A DNA stretch of 63,581 bases, counting the filler. It is 5 parts of 5 records of this genome, joined end to end, with 100 filler letters (N's around TTAATTAATTAA, not from the genome) between each part and the next. Parts side by side here need not be neighbours in the genome. Positions count along the whole stretch, not along the records: positions 1 to 8,662 come from SRR20825010_27; positions 8,763 to 38,342 come from SRR20825010_33; 3 more parts are not named here. One strand, written 5' to 3'. Positions 1 through 10,254 of this stretch are shown piece by piece (position 1 is the first letter of the stretch; each line of letters opens with the position of its first letter). Under the pieces are notes generated by a model, which saw only the letters and a program-made list of their open reading frames with translations, was not told the origin of the DNA and did no database searches. Made by a program: the position numbers and the translations under genes.

Positions 1-27
1 GAAATGGATTAAATTATTTTCCTTTGA

Positions 28-60
28 ATATCTCGTAGGCTTGCCTCGAGATAGTTGATT
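28..60. repeat. REP-like palindromic repeat, copy 1
   Basis: The minus strand reads AATCAACTATCTCG-AGGC-AA-GCCT-A-CGAGATA, a hairpin. Positions 33-60 match the reverse complement of 8635-8662 at 27/28 nt. Confidence 0.8.
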
Positions 61-221
61 GTATACTCTCGAGAAATAAGGGTAGTGTATAATAAATTAA
101 ACCTCTAATTCAGTATTAAAATAACTACGATTAAAAAAGTTAACAAAATTTAAGCGTTTGGCACAGAATTGGATATTATTTTTACTCCAAAAGTTAGATA
201 TTTTTTATATTTATCGCGGTT

Positions 222-926
222 ATGAATTTGAATTATAAAATGAAGTTTTTATTTGTCTCTATATGTATGGTTTTTCTTGGGTATACTTCCTATGCGCAAG
301 TTGAATCTACAAACACCCCTATTAAATTAGAAGGACTGAATGCAACACAGCTTCCAAAAGAGAATTCAAATGAAGCTACCGATTTAAATATAAAGGCTAC
401 ACCAGATGTAGAAGTCCCTAAAAAGTATGTTCCTAAAACTCCCAAAAAACCATCTGCTACCGACATAGCAAATAAAGAAGTAGATATGATGGAGATTCAA
501 GAAGCTTTTTTAGATCCAGGAGACCGGTTTGAAAAAAAGCTGAACAAAAAATTTAACGGGAGTGGAGATGACGGAAAAATGGGCGCTACAACAACACAGT
601 ATTTTGGCGACTTTAAAAGCAATGCCAAATCAATTAAAATACTTTGTAGAGATCATCAATATGTGGATGGAGACCGTGTAAGTGTTATTGTAAATGATAA
701 AGTAGTAGCACCAAATATATACTTAGAATCGAGTTTTAAAGGAATTTATATTGACCTTGAAAAAGGATTTAATAAAATAGAATTTAAAGCGTTAAATCAA
801 GGTTCTTCAGGGCCAAATACTGCTCAATTTGCTGTTTTTGATGATAAAGGAGTCGAAATATCTTCAAATATTTGGAATTTAGCTACTGGCGTAAAAGCTT
901 CTCTTTTAATTATAAAAGAAGAATAG
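222..926 (+). CDS. Secreted hypothetical protein
   Basis: Signal-peptide-like N-terminus, low-complexity middle and a beta-rich C-terminal domain. No family recognised. Confidence 0.7.
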   Translation: MNLNYKMKFLFVSICMVFLGYTSYAQVESTNTPIKLEGLNATQLPKENSNEATDLNIKATPDVEVPKKYVPKTPKKPSATDIANKEVDMMEIQEAFLDPGDRFEKKLNKKFNGSGDDGKMGATTTQYFGDFKSNAKSIKILCRDHQYVDGDRVSVIVNDKVVAPNIYLESSFKGIYIDLEKGFNKIEFKALNQGSSGPNTAQFAVFDDKGVEISSNIWNLATGVKASLLIIKEE

Positions 927-1092
927 AGCTTCCTTTTATAGCTTATAATCAATATTTAAAGAATCTAGCTTCTAAATATGTTATTAGCAAACGTATAACT
1001 TACATCCATATAAATTATTTCAGAAAAACTTAACGCAAATTTTTTTAACAATTTCATACCTTTATAAGTATATCATTGAATTCTCATAAACT

Positions 1093-1551
1093 ATGAATAA
1101 AGTACTAATAGCCATAGATTACAATCCAACCTCAGAGGAGGTTGTTAAAAAAGGGTATGAGCTTGCTAAAACCTTGGATGCAGAAGTTTGTTTAATTCAT
1201 GTTATTAGCAATCTCCAATATTACGGGATTCAATATCCTAGTTTTATGGGATACGATGCCATGAATGTAACATACGACCCATCAATCCAAGATGAAATGA
1301 AAAAGATAGCCAAGGATTTCCTTAAAACTGCAACCGAAAATTTAAAGGATCCAATGGTAAAATCTCATATAGCAGAAGGTGATACTGCCGACGAGGTGCT
1401 AAATTATGCTGAAGAATGGAAGGCTTCCTTAATTGTTATGGGAACTCACAGTCATAGTGCACTAGAAAAATTATTAATTGGAACAGTTGCTTCTTCTGTT
1501 TTGGAACATACAAAAGTTCCTGTTTTTATGGTTCCTATTAAGAAAGATTAG
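1093..1551 (+). CDS. Universal stress protein (UspA family)
   Basis: N-terminal KVLIAID and C-terminal LIVMGTHSHS...IGTVASSVL...VPVFMVP motifs. Confidence 0.93.
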   Translation: MNKVLIAIDYNPTSEEVVKKGYELAKTLDAEVCLIHVISNLQYYGIQYPSFMGYDAMNVTYDPSIQDEMKKIAKDFLKTATENLKDPMVKSHIAEGDTADEVLNYAEEWKASLIVMGTHSHSALEKLLIGTVASSVLEHTKVPVFMVPIKKD

Positions 1552-1552
1552 T

Positions 1553-2155
1553 TTGGAATTACGTATTAAAAATTTTATAACTGAATTTCCTTTTTTTACT
1601 GAAGAAGAGAAAAGACCATGGGAATTTACTTCTAATATAAAGCAACTCGTTTTAGATTTTCAAAAATCCTTAAATGATGATTTTATAATAGAAAATCATA
1701 TTGCTATTCATAAATCTGCTGTTATTGAAAAGGGAGCGGTACTAAAATCTCCAGGTATTATTTGTAAGAATGCTTTTGTGGGAGCTAATTCCTATTTAAG
1801 AGAAGGTTTTTTTATTGCTGAAAATGCTCATATTGGCGCCAATTGTGAAATTAAAAGTAGTTTTATAGGATCTCATTCTGCAATTGCTCATTTAAATTAC
1901 ATCGGAAATAGTATTATTGGTTCTAATGTAAATTTTGAAGCGGGATCAATAGCTGCTAATCATTATAATGAAAGAACTGATAAACAAATTTGGGTGCTTC
2001 ATAACAATGAACATATAGATACAGGAGTTACCAAATTTGGTTCTATTGTGGGAGATAGCAGTAGAGTGGGAGCTAATGCGGTACTTTCTCCAGGCACTAT
2101 TTTACCACCTCATTTTATAGTAAAACGGCTAGAACTAATTGCTCAAATACCATAA
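1553..2155 (+). CDS. Left-handed beta-helix (hexapeptide repeat) transferase, GlmU/LpxA-like
   Basis: Hexapeptide repeats (VGANSY, IGANCE, HLNYIGNSIIG). The in-frame TTG at 1553 avoids overlapping the USP gene. Confidence 0.8.
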   Translation: MELRIKNFITEFPFFTEEEKRPWEFTSNIKQLVLDFQKSLNDDFIIENHIAIHKSAVIEKGAVLKSPGIICKNAFVGANSYLREGFFIAENAHIGANCEIKSSFIGSHSAIAHLNYIGNSIIGSNVNFEAGSIAANHYNERTDKQIWVLHNNEHIDTGVTKFGSIVGDSSRVGANAVLSPGTILPPHFIVKRLELIAQIP

Positions 2156-2197
2156 ATTTTATATAACTTCACATTTATTTAATATACTTTAAATCTA

Positions 2198-2219
2198 TTA
2201 ATTGTAATATTGCAATAAA
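2198..2219 (+). promoter_or_regulatory. Putative ArsR operator 1
   Basis: Near-palindrome ATTGTAATATTGCAAT just upstream of arsR; 20/22 identical to 2601-2622. Confidence 0.7.
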
Positions 2220-2228
2220 CAAATTGAC

Positions 2229-2564
2229 ATGGGACTAACAAAGGCTGAAATTTTTTCAGAAGAACAAAATAAAATTGCTAGTATAGCAAAAGTGCTAGGG
2301 CATCCCGCTAGAGTAGCTATTTTACAATATTTATTTAAAACAAATGCCTGTGTTTGTGGAGATTTGGTTGGAGAAATCGGGCTTGCACAACCAACAATCT
2401 CTCAACACTTAAAAGAATTAAAAAATATAGGAATTATAAAAGGAACTATTGAAGGGACTAGTGTTTGCTATTGCATCAACCAAACGAACTGGGATGAAAT
2501 GGCTCATATTTTGAATCTTTTTATTAATCAATCTCCTAATATTTCTACAGGCGATTGTTGTTAG
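2229..2564 (+). CDS. arsR: ArsR/SmtB metalloregulator
   Basis: LGHPARVAIL, ACVCGDL and AQPTISQHLKELK motifs, C-terminal CC; heads the ars operon. Confidence 0.93.
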   Translation: MGLTKAEIFSEEQNKIASIAKVLGHPARVAILQYLFKTNACVCGDLVGEIGLAQPTISQHLKELKNIGIIKGTIEGTSVCYCINQTNWDEMAHILNLFINQSPNISTGDCC

Positions 2565-2600
2565 CTTGTCATTATAAATTTATGAACTTATTTAGTTTAG

Positions 2601-2622
2601 TTAATCGTAATATAGCAATAAA
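2601..2622 (+). promoter_or_regulatory. Putative ArsR operator 2
   Basis: TTAATCGTAATATAGCAATAAA, a second copy of the arsR upstream motif. Confidence 0.65.
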
Positions 2623-2651
2623 GCAATGTTTAAAATATAAAATTTTACAAA

Positions 2652-3122
2652 ATGAAATTATCAGATTTTAAAAAACACTTAAAAGGGAAAGAAAAAATAG
2701 CATTTCAATTACCAAATGGAAGTCTTGTTCCAAATCATTTCCATGTTACGGAAGTAGGCGCTATCAGTAAAAAATTCATTGATTGCGGAGGAACGTTAAG
2801 AGAAGAAAAAGTAATTAATTTTCAACTTTGGGAAGAAAATGATTACAACCATCGATTACATCCAGAAAAATTAATTCACATTATAGAGCTATCAGAGGAA
2901 AAATTAAATCTAGAAGACAACGAAATAGAAGTTGAATACCAAGGCGAAACCATCAGTAAATATGGTTTAGACATTGCAAATGGAATCTTTATGTTAACTA
3001 CTAAACAAACAGACTGTCTTGCAAAAGATGCTTGCGGAATTCCAGAAAAAAAGAAAGTAAGATTATCAGAAATCCCTATAAGCTCATCTAATTCATGCAC
3101 CCCAGGAAGTGGTTGCTGTTAA
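2652..3122 (+). CDS. DUF6428-like ars-operon protein with a Cys-rich tail
   Basis: HFHVTEVG, FIDCGG, CLAKDACG and terminal CTPGSGCC motifs; position in the operon. Confidence 0.75.
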   Translation: MKLSDFKKHLKGKEKIAFQLPNGSLVPNHFHVTEVGAISKKFIDCGGTLREEKVINFQLWEENDYNHRLHPEKLIHIIELSEEKLNLEDNEIEVEYQGETISKYGLDIANGIFMLTTKQTDCLAKDACGIPEKKKVRLSEIPISSSNSCTPGSGCC

Positions 3123-3137
3123 CCTAAATTATTAAAT

Positions 3138-3749
3138 ATGTATCCTACAATAAATAATAATATAAGTACACTAAATATTGAATCCTTATCCGAAGAACGT
3201 AAGGAATTGTTAACATCATTAATCGAATTTATCAACAATAAAGTCGCGAAAAAGGAAGCTGTTACTATAAATTTTATCTGCACCCACAACTCAAGAAGAA
3301 GTCACTTATCGCAAATTTGGGCACAAACTATGGCTCATTATTTTGGAATAGAAAATGTATTTTGTTACTCTGGAGGAACAGAAAGTACAGCTATGTTTCC
3401 TATGGTTGGTGAAACTTTGAAGCAGAGTGGGTTTCTAGTAAAAAATATTTCAGAAGGGGATAACCCAGTATATAGTATTAAATATGCCGAAAATGAACAT
3501 CCTGTAATTGCTTTTTCTAAAAAGTATGATGATGATTTTAATCCTGAATCAGGGTTTGCAGCTATAATGACTTGTTCTCAGGCAGATGGAGGCTGTCCGT
3601 TTATAGCAGGAGCAGAAAAAAGAATCCCTATTACTTATGAAGATCCAAAATTATTTGATGGAACTCCAGAACAAGCAGCAAAATATCAGGAAAGAAGCTT
3701 ACAAATAGCTACAGAAATGTATTATGTATTTTCAAAAGTCAGTAACTAA
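3138..3749 (+). CDS. arsC: Arsenate reductase, LMW-PTP fold
   Basis: [11 protein letters not shown]-loop, downstream C-x6-CP and EDP; adjacent to acr3. Confidence 0.82.
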   Translation: MYPTINNNISTLNIESLSEERKELLTSLIEFINNKVAKKEAVTINFICTHNSRRSHLSQIWAQTMAHYFGIENVFCYSGGTESTAMFPMVGETLKQSGFLVKNISEGDNPVYSIKYAENEHPVIAFSKKYDDDFNPESGFAAIMTCSQADGGCPFIAGAEKRIPITYEDPKLFDGTPEQAAKYQERSLQIATEMYYVFSKVSN

Positions 3750-4795
3750 TGAAGCAGTCTAAAAAATTAAGTTTTCTCGATAAAAATTTAACGCTGTGGA
3801 TTTTTGTAGCCATGGCAATAGGAGTTTTTATAGGTTATGTATATCCAAACATTTCAAATATTATAAACTCTTTTAATAGTGGTACTACAAATATCCCTAT
3901 TGCAATTGGACTCATATTAATGATGTATCCTCCTTTGGCTAAGGTTAATTATGCCTTATTGCCAAAAGTTTTTAAAAACGTAAAAGTATTATCTATTTCC
4001 TTGGTTTTAAATTGGATAATAGGCCCCTTTTTAATGTTTTTTCTAGCTATCATTTTTCTTCATGACTATCCAGAATACATGGTAGGTCTAATTTTAATTG
4101 GTCTTGCTAGGTGTATAGCTATGGTTTTAGTATGGAACGATTTAGCTGAAGGGAGTAGCGAATACGGCGCAGGATTGGTAGCCTTAAATAGTATTTTTCA
4201 GGTTTTTGGCTATAGTTTTTATGCATGGCTATTTATTACCAAATTACCACCTCTTTTCGGATTTGAAGGAGCAATCGTAGATATTTCAATAGCAACAATT
4301 GCAGAAAGTGTAGCTATTTATCTAGGAATCCCTTTTGTTTTAGGCTTTTTAAGTAGGCTAATTTTAGTTAAAATTAAAGGAGAGGAATGGTATACAAAAA
4401 AATTCATTCCTTTTATTTCTCCAATAACACTCATAGCCTTGCTATTTACCATTCTGGTTATGTTTTCATTAAAAGGAGAACTTATTGTTCAAATTCCATT
4501 TGATGTTGTATTAATAGCCATTCCATTACTCATTTATTTTACTGTAATGTTTTTTATTGGTTTTTTTGTTAGTAAAGCAAAAGGAACTCCATATGATGAG
4601 AATGTAGCTATTGCTTTTACTGCCGCAGGAAATAACTTTGAGCTTGCCATTGCTGTAGCTATTGCTGTATTTGGGTTAAATTCCGGACAAGCATTTACTG
4701 GGGTTATCGGACCATTAGTGGAAGTTCCAGCACTTATATTATTAGTAAGAGTTGCTTTTTGGCTTCGAAAAAAATATTATCCATCGCTTACTTAG
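3749..4795 (+). CDS. acr3: Arsenite efflux transporter, ACR3 family
   Basis: [30 protein letters not shown] and GPLVEVP motifs; TAATG coupling to arsC. Confidence 0.96.
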   Translation: MKQSKKLSFLDKNLTLWIFVAMAIGVFIGYVYPNISNIINSFNSGTTNIPIAIGLILMMYPPLAKVNYALLPKVFKNVKVLSISLVLNWIIGPFLMFFLAIIFLHDYPEYMVGLILIGLARCIAMVLVWNDLAEGSSEYGAGLVALNSIFQVFGYSFYAWLFITKLPPLFGFEGAIVDISIATIAESVAIYLGIPFVLGFLSRLILVKIKGEEWYTKKFIPFISPITLIALLFTILVMFSLKGELIVQIPFDVVLIAIPLLIYFTVMFFIGFFVSKAKGTPYDENVAIAFTAAGNNFELAIAVAIAVFGLNSGQAFTGVIGPLVEVPALILLVRVAFWLRKKYYPSLT

Positions 4796-4861
4796 CTTCA
4801 GATATAAAAATGATTCACTCTATTCTAGTATAGAATAGTTAGGAATGATAACTATAAAATT

Positions 4862-4899
4862 ATTCCCCCGAGATATATACCTCGGGGGAATTTTATTAT
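4862..4899 (+). terminator. Hairpin after the ars operon, likely a terminator
   Basis: ATTCCCCCGAG-ATATATAC-CTCGGGGGAAT followed by a T-rich tract. Confidence 0.75.
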
Positions 4900-4994
4900 A
4901 TGGGTTGTTAAATTAATGCTAATATTGGGTAAGTTTTTTCTTCATCTAGAATAAAATGTAAATTAGAACAGTACAACTAAATCAAATAAAAAAA

Positions 4995-6272
4995 ATGAAA
5001 AAATTAATCTACCTTCTAGCCATTCCCTTGGTAATAGCTAGTTGTAAAAATCAAAGTAAAAATACTTCAGAAGAAACAAATGAAGTTATAAAAGATAGTA
5101 CACCAACTGTTCAAACAGCCATTGGTGAAATTGAATTACCTGCACCATTTTCTACTAGGTCTGTTTCTAGACCTAGTACAGTAATAGATTGGCCAAAAGA
5201 GAAAACTCCTACAGCTCCTGCAGGTTTTAAGGTAACTCGCTTTGCTGAAGATTTAAAACATCCTCGTTGGACGTATATTGCTCCTAATGGAGATGTTTTT
5301 GTTGCAGAAGCTAATACAAGTAAAGACAGTGCAAACAGAATTACACTACTTAGAGATACCAATGGAGATGAAAAAGTAGACGAGCAGCATATTTATCTTG
5401 AAGGGTTACACCAAAATTTAGGAATGTTGGTTTTGAATAATTATTTCTATGTAGCAAATACCGATGGATTGTATAGATATCCGTACAAAAAAGGAGCTAA
5501 TAAAATTACATCTGAAGGAGAAAAAATTGTAGATCTTCCTGCTGGCGGATACAATAATCATTGGACTAGAAATATTATTAGTAGTAAAGATGGTAGCAAA
5601 ATTTATATTTCTGTAGGTTCTGCAAGTAATGTAGGAGAACATGGAATGGAAGAAGAACAAAGACGCGCTTCTATCCTGGAAGTAAACCCTGACGGCTCTG
5701 GAGAGGAAATATATGCTAGCGGAATTAGAAACCCTGTAGGAATGGATATAAATCCTGTAACTGGAGAGTTATGGACAGCTGTTAATGAGCGTGATGGACT
5801 AGGAGATAATTTAGTACCAGATTACATTACTAGCGTTAAAAAAGGTGGTTTCTACGGTTGGCCATTTAGCTATTATGGAGCTATTAACGATCCACGTTGG
5901 GAGGAAGACCCACACCAAGATATGGTGGAAAAAACTATTATTCCTGATGTTCCTGTTGGAAGTCATACTGCTTCATTAGGTTTAACATTTTATACAGCTG
6001 ATCAATTTCCTAATAACTATAAAAATGGAGCTTTTGTAGGACAACATGGTTCTTGGAATAGAGCAAATTTTGCAGGATATAAAGTTGTATTTGTTCCTTT
6101 TAGTGATGGCAAGCCACAACAACCTCAAGATTTCTTAACCGGATTTATTGCAAATGATGAAGCTGGAGAGGTTTATGGACGTCCGGTAGACGTAACTGTA
6201 ACCCCAAAAGGTTCTTTATTAGTTAACGATGACGATGCTGGGATTATTTGGAAAGTAACTGCAGCTAATTAA
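4995..6272 (+). CDS. Sorbosone/PQQ-dependent sugar dehydrogenase family lipoprotein
   Basis: Lipobox IASC; NNHWTR, GIRNPVG, VNERD, HGSWNR and GRPV propeller motifs. Confidence 0.9.
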   Translation: MKKLIYLLAIPLVIASCKNQSKNTSEETNEVIKDSTPTVQTAIGEIELPAPFSTRSVSRPSTVIDWPKEKTPTAPAGFKVTRFAEDLKHPRWTYIAPNGDVFVAEANTSKDSANRITLLRDTNGDEKVDEQHIYLEGLHQNLGMLVLNNYFYVANTDGLYRYPYKKGANKITSEGEKIVDLPAGGYNNHWTRNIISSKDGSKIYISVGSASNVGEHGMEEEQRRASILEVNPDGSGEEIYASGIRNPVGMDINPVTGELWTAVNERDGLGDNLVPDYITSVKKGGFYGWPFSYYGAINDPRWEEDPHQDMVEKTIIPDVPVGSHTASLGLTFYTADQFPNNYKNGAFVGQHGSWNRANFAGYKVVFVPFSDGKPQQPQDFLTGFIANDEAGEVYGRPVDVTVTPKGSLLVNDDDAGIIWKVTAAN

Positions 6273-6290
6273 TAAAATATAAACTTTTAG

Positions 6291-6336
6291 TAGCTTCCTA
6301 AGTTATAATACTCATAATTTAGGAAGCTATTTTTTT
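6291..6336 (+). terminator. Intrinsic terminator
   Basis: TAGCTTCCTAAGTTAT...ATAATTTAGGAAGCTA stem followed by T7. Confidence 0.8.
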
Positions 6337-6355
6337 AATATAATACCTGTTAAAA

Positions 6356-7360
6356 ATGCGTTTATCAATTATACTTCTCCTATTTATAAGTAGTGTTTTC
6401 CAACTATTCTCACAAGAGTATGAGCGAATATCTGACTTTAAAGAATACTATCCAATAGCGGAACGGCCTTATGTTATGGGTGGGTTAGGTAATAATCCCT
6501 ACGAAACAATGTTATTCGACGCTAAACCAGTTGTGTATTATAGTATTTATAATGATATCCGAAAAGCATTAAGCACCGATACAATTACCCCTGGATATGC
6601 TGTGTATGCCACATTTCAACCACAATTAAGAATGTATAACGAAACCTCTAAACCAATAAAAACTCCTTCTTATAAAATATTGTTTGGCTGGCAACCAATT
6701 ATAAAAACACAAGAGAATAATTTCTTGACATTAGCAATAGAAACTGGGCATTATTCTAACGGACAATCTAAAAGTGCTTTTAGTGAAGAGTTCGATGATG
6801 AATCGGAAGAAAGTAAAGAAATATATAACACAATTACTGATGAAACTAATTTGGCAGAAATACTTAATAGAAGAAGTGGGAATTTCTCTACTAATCTCAC
6901 ACGTTTATCTGTAAATTATAGGATTAATAGTATCGATAAAAACAACAGACCGCATAGAATTCACTCTTTTACATTAACTTATCAACTTTACCACGATAAG
7001 TTTTTAGGGGTTTTTAATTTTGGAGGCTATAATCCAGAAGATATCAACCTTTATGGAAGGCATCAATTGGAATTTAAATATGAATATTCTGGCTATATAA
7101 ATAAAATGAGATATGTTGTTGGACAAGATTTATACCTTCACTTTGGATCTCATCCTTCTACAGATCCATATCGAGTTCAATCTAGAGCCATCCTATTTCC
7201 CTGGGATACAGATTTAGGTTTTATAGCTCAATTCTCTGCAGGTTTCGACGATTATAATTATCGATTTGTAGATAGTTATGCAAGAGTTTCTGTAGGGGTT
7301 ACATGGGATTGGTTTACGCCTTTTATCATTAAGCCTACAAGACCAAAAACAGGCAAATAA
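6356..7360 (+). CDS. Outer-membrane beta-barrel protein, possibly a divergent phospholipase A (OMPLA-like)
   Basis: Signal peptide, GHYSNGQ resembling the OMPLA HxSNG motif, and amphipathic aromatic-rich strands. Confidence 0.5.
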   Translation: MRLSIILLLFISSVFQLFSQEYERISDFKEYYPIAERPYVMGGLGNNPYETMLFDAKPVVYYSIYNDIRKALSTDTITPGYAVYATFQPQLRMYNETSKPIKTPSYKILFGWQPIIKTQENNFLTLAIETGHYSNGQSKSAFSEEFDDESEESKEIYNTITDETNLAEILNRRSGNFSTNLTRLSVNYRINSIDKNNRPHRIHSFTLTYQLYHDKFLGVFNFGGYNPEDINLYGRHQLEFKYEYSGYINKMRYVVGQDLYLHFGSHPSTDPYRVQSRAILFPWDTDLGFIAQFSAGFDDYNYRFVDSYARVSVGVTWDWFTPFIIKPTRPKTGK

Positions 7361-7423
7361 TTTTGTCAAAATTAACTCCTTCTGGTAAGTCCTGAAGCAT
7401 GTAAATCTCGATTATTAGTAACT

Positions 7424-7453
7424 AAAAAAACGCCTTACTAATAAAGTAAGACG
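7424..7453 (-). terminator. Intrinsic terminator of the OmpA-family gene
   Basis: ACGCCTTAC...GTAAGACGT stem with an upstream A-run, which is a U-tract on the minus strand. Confidence 0.6.
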
Positions 7454-7490
7454 TCCTTTCAGCTTAAAGTGTGTGTTAATCTATTATTGT

Positions 7491-8324
7491 TTATTCATTT
7501 GAAGCCATTAAAGCAAAGAATTTGTTGATGTTTGGTAAAATCACAATTCTAGTTCTTCTATTTTTGGCTCTATTTTCTTTAGTTTCATTATCTACTAGCG
7601 GTTGGAAACTACTTCTTCCAGAAGCTATTAATTTTTCTGGACTTACTTCGTAATCGTTTTGAAGTTTTCTAACAACAGATGTAGCTCTTAAAACACTTAA
7701 ATCCCAGTTGTCTTGCACTTTCTCTGTATGAATACTTCTGGCATCTGTATGTCCTTCTACCATTACCTCAATACTTGGCTCAGAGTTTATAACGTCTGCA
7801 AGTTTTTGTAAAATATCGTTTGCCTTATTACTCACTCTGTAACTAGCTGTATTGAATAGTAATTTATCAGAAATAGAAATCATTACTACAGTCTCATCAA
7901 TATCAATAGCAATATCATCATCTTCATTCAAACTGCTGTTATTCATTGATTTTTGTAGATTGTAAGAGACAGCTAAATTCATTGAATCTTTTAAAGTCTT
8001 AGCCTCACTAAGTTGAGAAGGGTCTACATTTTGTAGTGTTTTACGCATTCCTCTTTTAGTTTCTTCAGAAATAACTGCTACATCGCCAACAGTAACCAAT
8101 TTACTATCGTTCTCTTCTGTTAAACTATTAATTTTACTATTGTACTCATCAACACGATTTTGAATAGCAGAGAATTTTGTTTCCAATTCTTCTTTTTCAA
8201 CTTGTGTTTTTTGTAGCTGACTTTGAAGTTCTCCTTTTTCATTCTCTAATTCCACATATTTCTTCTTCGATACACAAGAAGTTAATATTGCAATTGTAAA
8301 TAATGTTATTGCTGTTTTTTTCAT
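7491..8324 (-). CDS. OmpA/MotB-family lipoprotein
   Basis: Lipobox LTSC, coiled coil, VEGHTD, NWDLSVLRA and NRAKNRRT. Confidence 0.92.
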   Translation of the reverse strand: MKKTAITLFTIAILTSCVSKKKYVELENEKGELQSQLQKTQVEKEELETKFSAIQNRVDEYNSKINSLTEENDSKLVTVGDVAVISEETKRGMRKTLQNVDPSQLSEAKTLKDSMNLAVSYNLQKSMNNSSLNEDDDIAIDIDETVVMISISDKLLFNTASYRVSNKANDILQKLADVINSEPSIEVMVEGHTDARSIHTEKVQDNWDLSVLRATSVVRKLQNDYEVSPEKLIASGRSSFQPLVDNETKENRAKNRRTRIVILPNINKFFALMASNE

Positions 8325-8634
8325 CTGTTAATAGTTTTAATTATTTTTAAAAGTCTTAGTTAAAACACCCAAGTAACTACATCTTGAAATTTACTTTTTG
8401 AAGGATGTTTCAGCATCAATTTTTTAATTCATTCTGTAATATCTACGGAGATCTTTCTAAAATAGATTATTTAAAAATGTTAAAATGAAACGTTTTATCG
8501 TTTAAAACATTCATTTTATCGAAGAATATAAATGATGAAGTCGTGGTTTTCAAGAGGTTAAACTTCAGTATTTATCTTACAAAAAAACAGCAAATAAATT
8601 TCAATATTATAGTACCTTTGATTTTTTATCTGAA

Positions 8635-8662
8635 AATCAACTACCTCGAGGCAAGCCTACGA
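8635..8662. repeat. REP-like palindromic repeat, copy 2, truncated by the contig end
   Basis: AATCAACTACCTCGAGGCAAGCCTACGA, an inverted copy of 33-60. Confidence 0.8.
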
Positions 8663-8762
8663 NNNNNNNNNNNNNNNNNNNNNNNNNNNNNNNNNNNNNN
8701 NNNNNNTTAATTAATTAANNNNNNNNNNNNNNNNNNNNNNNNNNNNNNNNNNNNNNNNNNNN
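8663..8762. other. Artificial contig linker
   Basis: N-run + TTAATTAATTAA + N-run, 100 nt. Confidence 0.99.
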
Positions 8763-9770
8763 CCCATCACACGCATTGGACACAATCGCTATGTGAACCA
8801 CAGCGAACATGGTGGAATCATGGACCACAAGGGCAATTATATTGCAAAATATCCTTATGCGAAATTCCAAGAATGTTATGCGACGAACGATTTCATCTAT
8901 TCAGTCAGAGTAGGGAATGTCACGACGTTTGGCATTATGGCGAATGATCTCACCGTTAAAACTGAACCCATCTATTTTAGAGTGAATCCGCTTTCGTATG
9001 GTTATGCAGTCATGACAGCAGGTAGCAATCAGTTCGCGATTGTAAATATGTCGGGGAAGCAGATCACAGGATTTGACTTTGATCCAACACGAACTTTATA
9101 CAATCCCGAGGGGACCTATAATCTTTTAAAAATTACAGATGACGGTCCGAAGCACGGTGTAGTTGACACGTTGGGCAATACGATTATTCCATTTGAATAC
9201 GACATGATTCACCGCTACAAGTATGATTTAGCCATCGTTGAAAAGAATAAAAAAATGGGCATCGTAGATCGCACAGGGAAAGTCCAAGGTGAAATCGAAT
9301 ATGTTCAAATTAGCTTGCTTGACACGAACAAAATTCAAGTTCAAATCGCTGATCGAATTGGATTCATTGATCGAAATGGAGTAGTGGTTGAGCCTCTAAA
9401 ACACAAGGGTTTTGAGTCTTTGGATCCTAAATTCATCCACTTTACCGGTGCTAATGAATCGCGGTGGATTGTGAACACCATTACGAATGACACGATGGCC
9501 ATACTTCGTAGTGAAAGCTATGGAAAACAAGGATTTGCCCGTGTTATCCAAGGTGGAAAAAGAGGAATGATTGACAGAACAGGGAACTTTGTTTTGCCCT
9601 GCGAATATGATCAAATCTATCAGTTTAGAAATGGCGTTCTGCTCGTTCAAAAAAATTGGCTTTATGGATTATTGGACGAAGAGCTAAACATAGTTGAGCC
9701 GCTGGTTCACCGATTTTATAAGACAGGTAGTAATGGGAAGTATGCATTTTCTGAGACGCCAGAACAGTGA
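8763..9770 (+). CDS. WG-repeat protein, probably 5' truncated
   Basis: Repeated K.G.ID..G..I.P.EYD units. Confidence 0.85.
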   Translation, partial: PITRIGHNRYVNHSEHGGIMDHKGNYIAKYPYAKFQECYATNDFIYSVRVGNVTTFGIMANDLTVKTEPIYFRVNPLSYGYAVMTAGSNQFAIVNMSGKQITGFDFDPTRTLYNPEGTYNLLKITDDGPKHGVVDTLGNTIIPFEYDMIHRYKYDLAIVEKNKKMGIVDRTGKVQGEIEYVQISLLDTNKIQVQIADRIGFIDRNGVVVEPLKHKGFESLDPKFIHFTGANESRWIVNTITNDTMAILRSESYGKQGFARVIQGGKRGMIDRTGNFVLPCEYDQIYQFRNGVLLVQKNWLYGLLDEELNIVEPLVHRFYKTGSNGKYAFSETPEQ

Positions 9771-9779
9771 TTTACATCG

Positions 9780-9817
9780 ATTGCACTAAAATTGGGTTGC
9801 GATATGTTAAATAGCTT
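9780..9817 (+). other. Degenerate dif-like site (left island boundary)
   Basis: TTGCACTAAAA matches the left arm of the 17357 site at 9/11. A 10-nt spacer and ATATGTTAAAT follow. TATGTTAAATAGCTT (9803-9817) is an exact direct repeat of 17375-17389. Confidence 0.6.
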
Positions 9818-10041
9818 AGAAGATCAGTTCCAATCAAAGATTGAACGGATCGTTTTTTTCCTTTCTCTTTAAAGTTTATACCCATAAACAACCTCAAACG
9901 GATTCCTTTTTTCTTACAGCGCGGCGGAGAGAAATAGGGAAGGAGTGGTGTGAAGAACTTTAGTAATCGCAACAAATACCTGAAGAATACGGTATATATA
10001 CTCATGATTTTATGGTTTTCGGATGTATATATTTGATTCGG

Positions 10042-10245
10042 ATGACTTTGCAGAGAAAGTTTGGTCAAAACGTTTCGTTGAGGCGTAAACAAATTGGCAT
10101 CTCCCAAGAGAAGCTTGCTTTGACGGCAAATATTGATCGGACTTATATCTCAAAAATTGAGAAAGGTTCAGCAAACATTACGATAGGTATAATTGAAAAA
10201 TTATCTTTGGCACTTTCTACAGAAGCTGCCGATCTATTCAAATGA
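10042..10245 (+). CDS. XRE HTH regulator resembling restriction-modification controller (C) proteins
   Basis: GISQEKLA...NIDRTYISKIEKG. A Bacteroidota -7 box (TATATTTG, 10028-10035) lies 6 nt before ATG 10042, which suggests a leaderless mRNA. Confidence 0.85.
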   Translation: MTLQRKFGQNVSLRRKQIGISQEKLALTANIDRTYISKIEKGSANITIGIIEKLSLALSTEAADLFK

Positions 10246-10254
10246 TGATAATCG

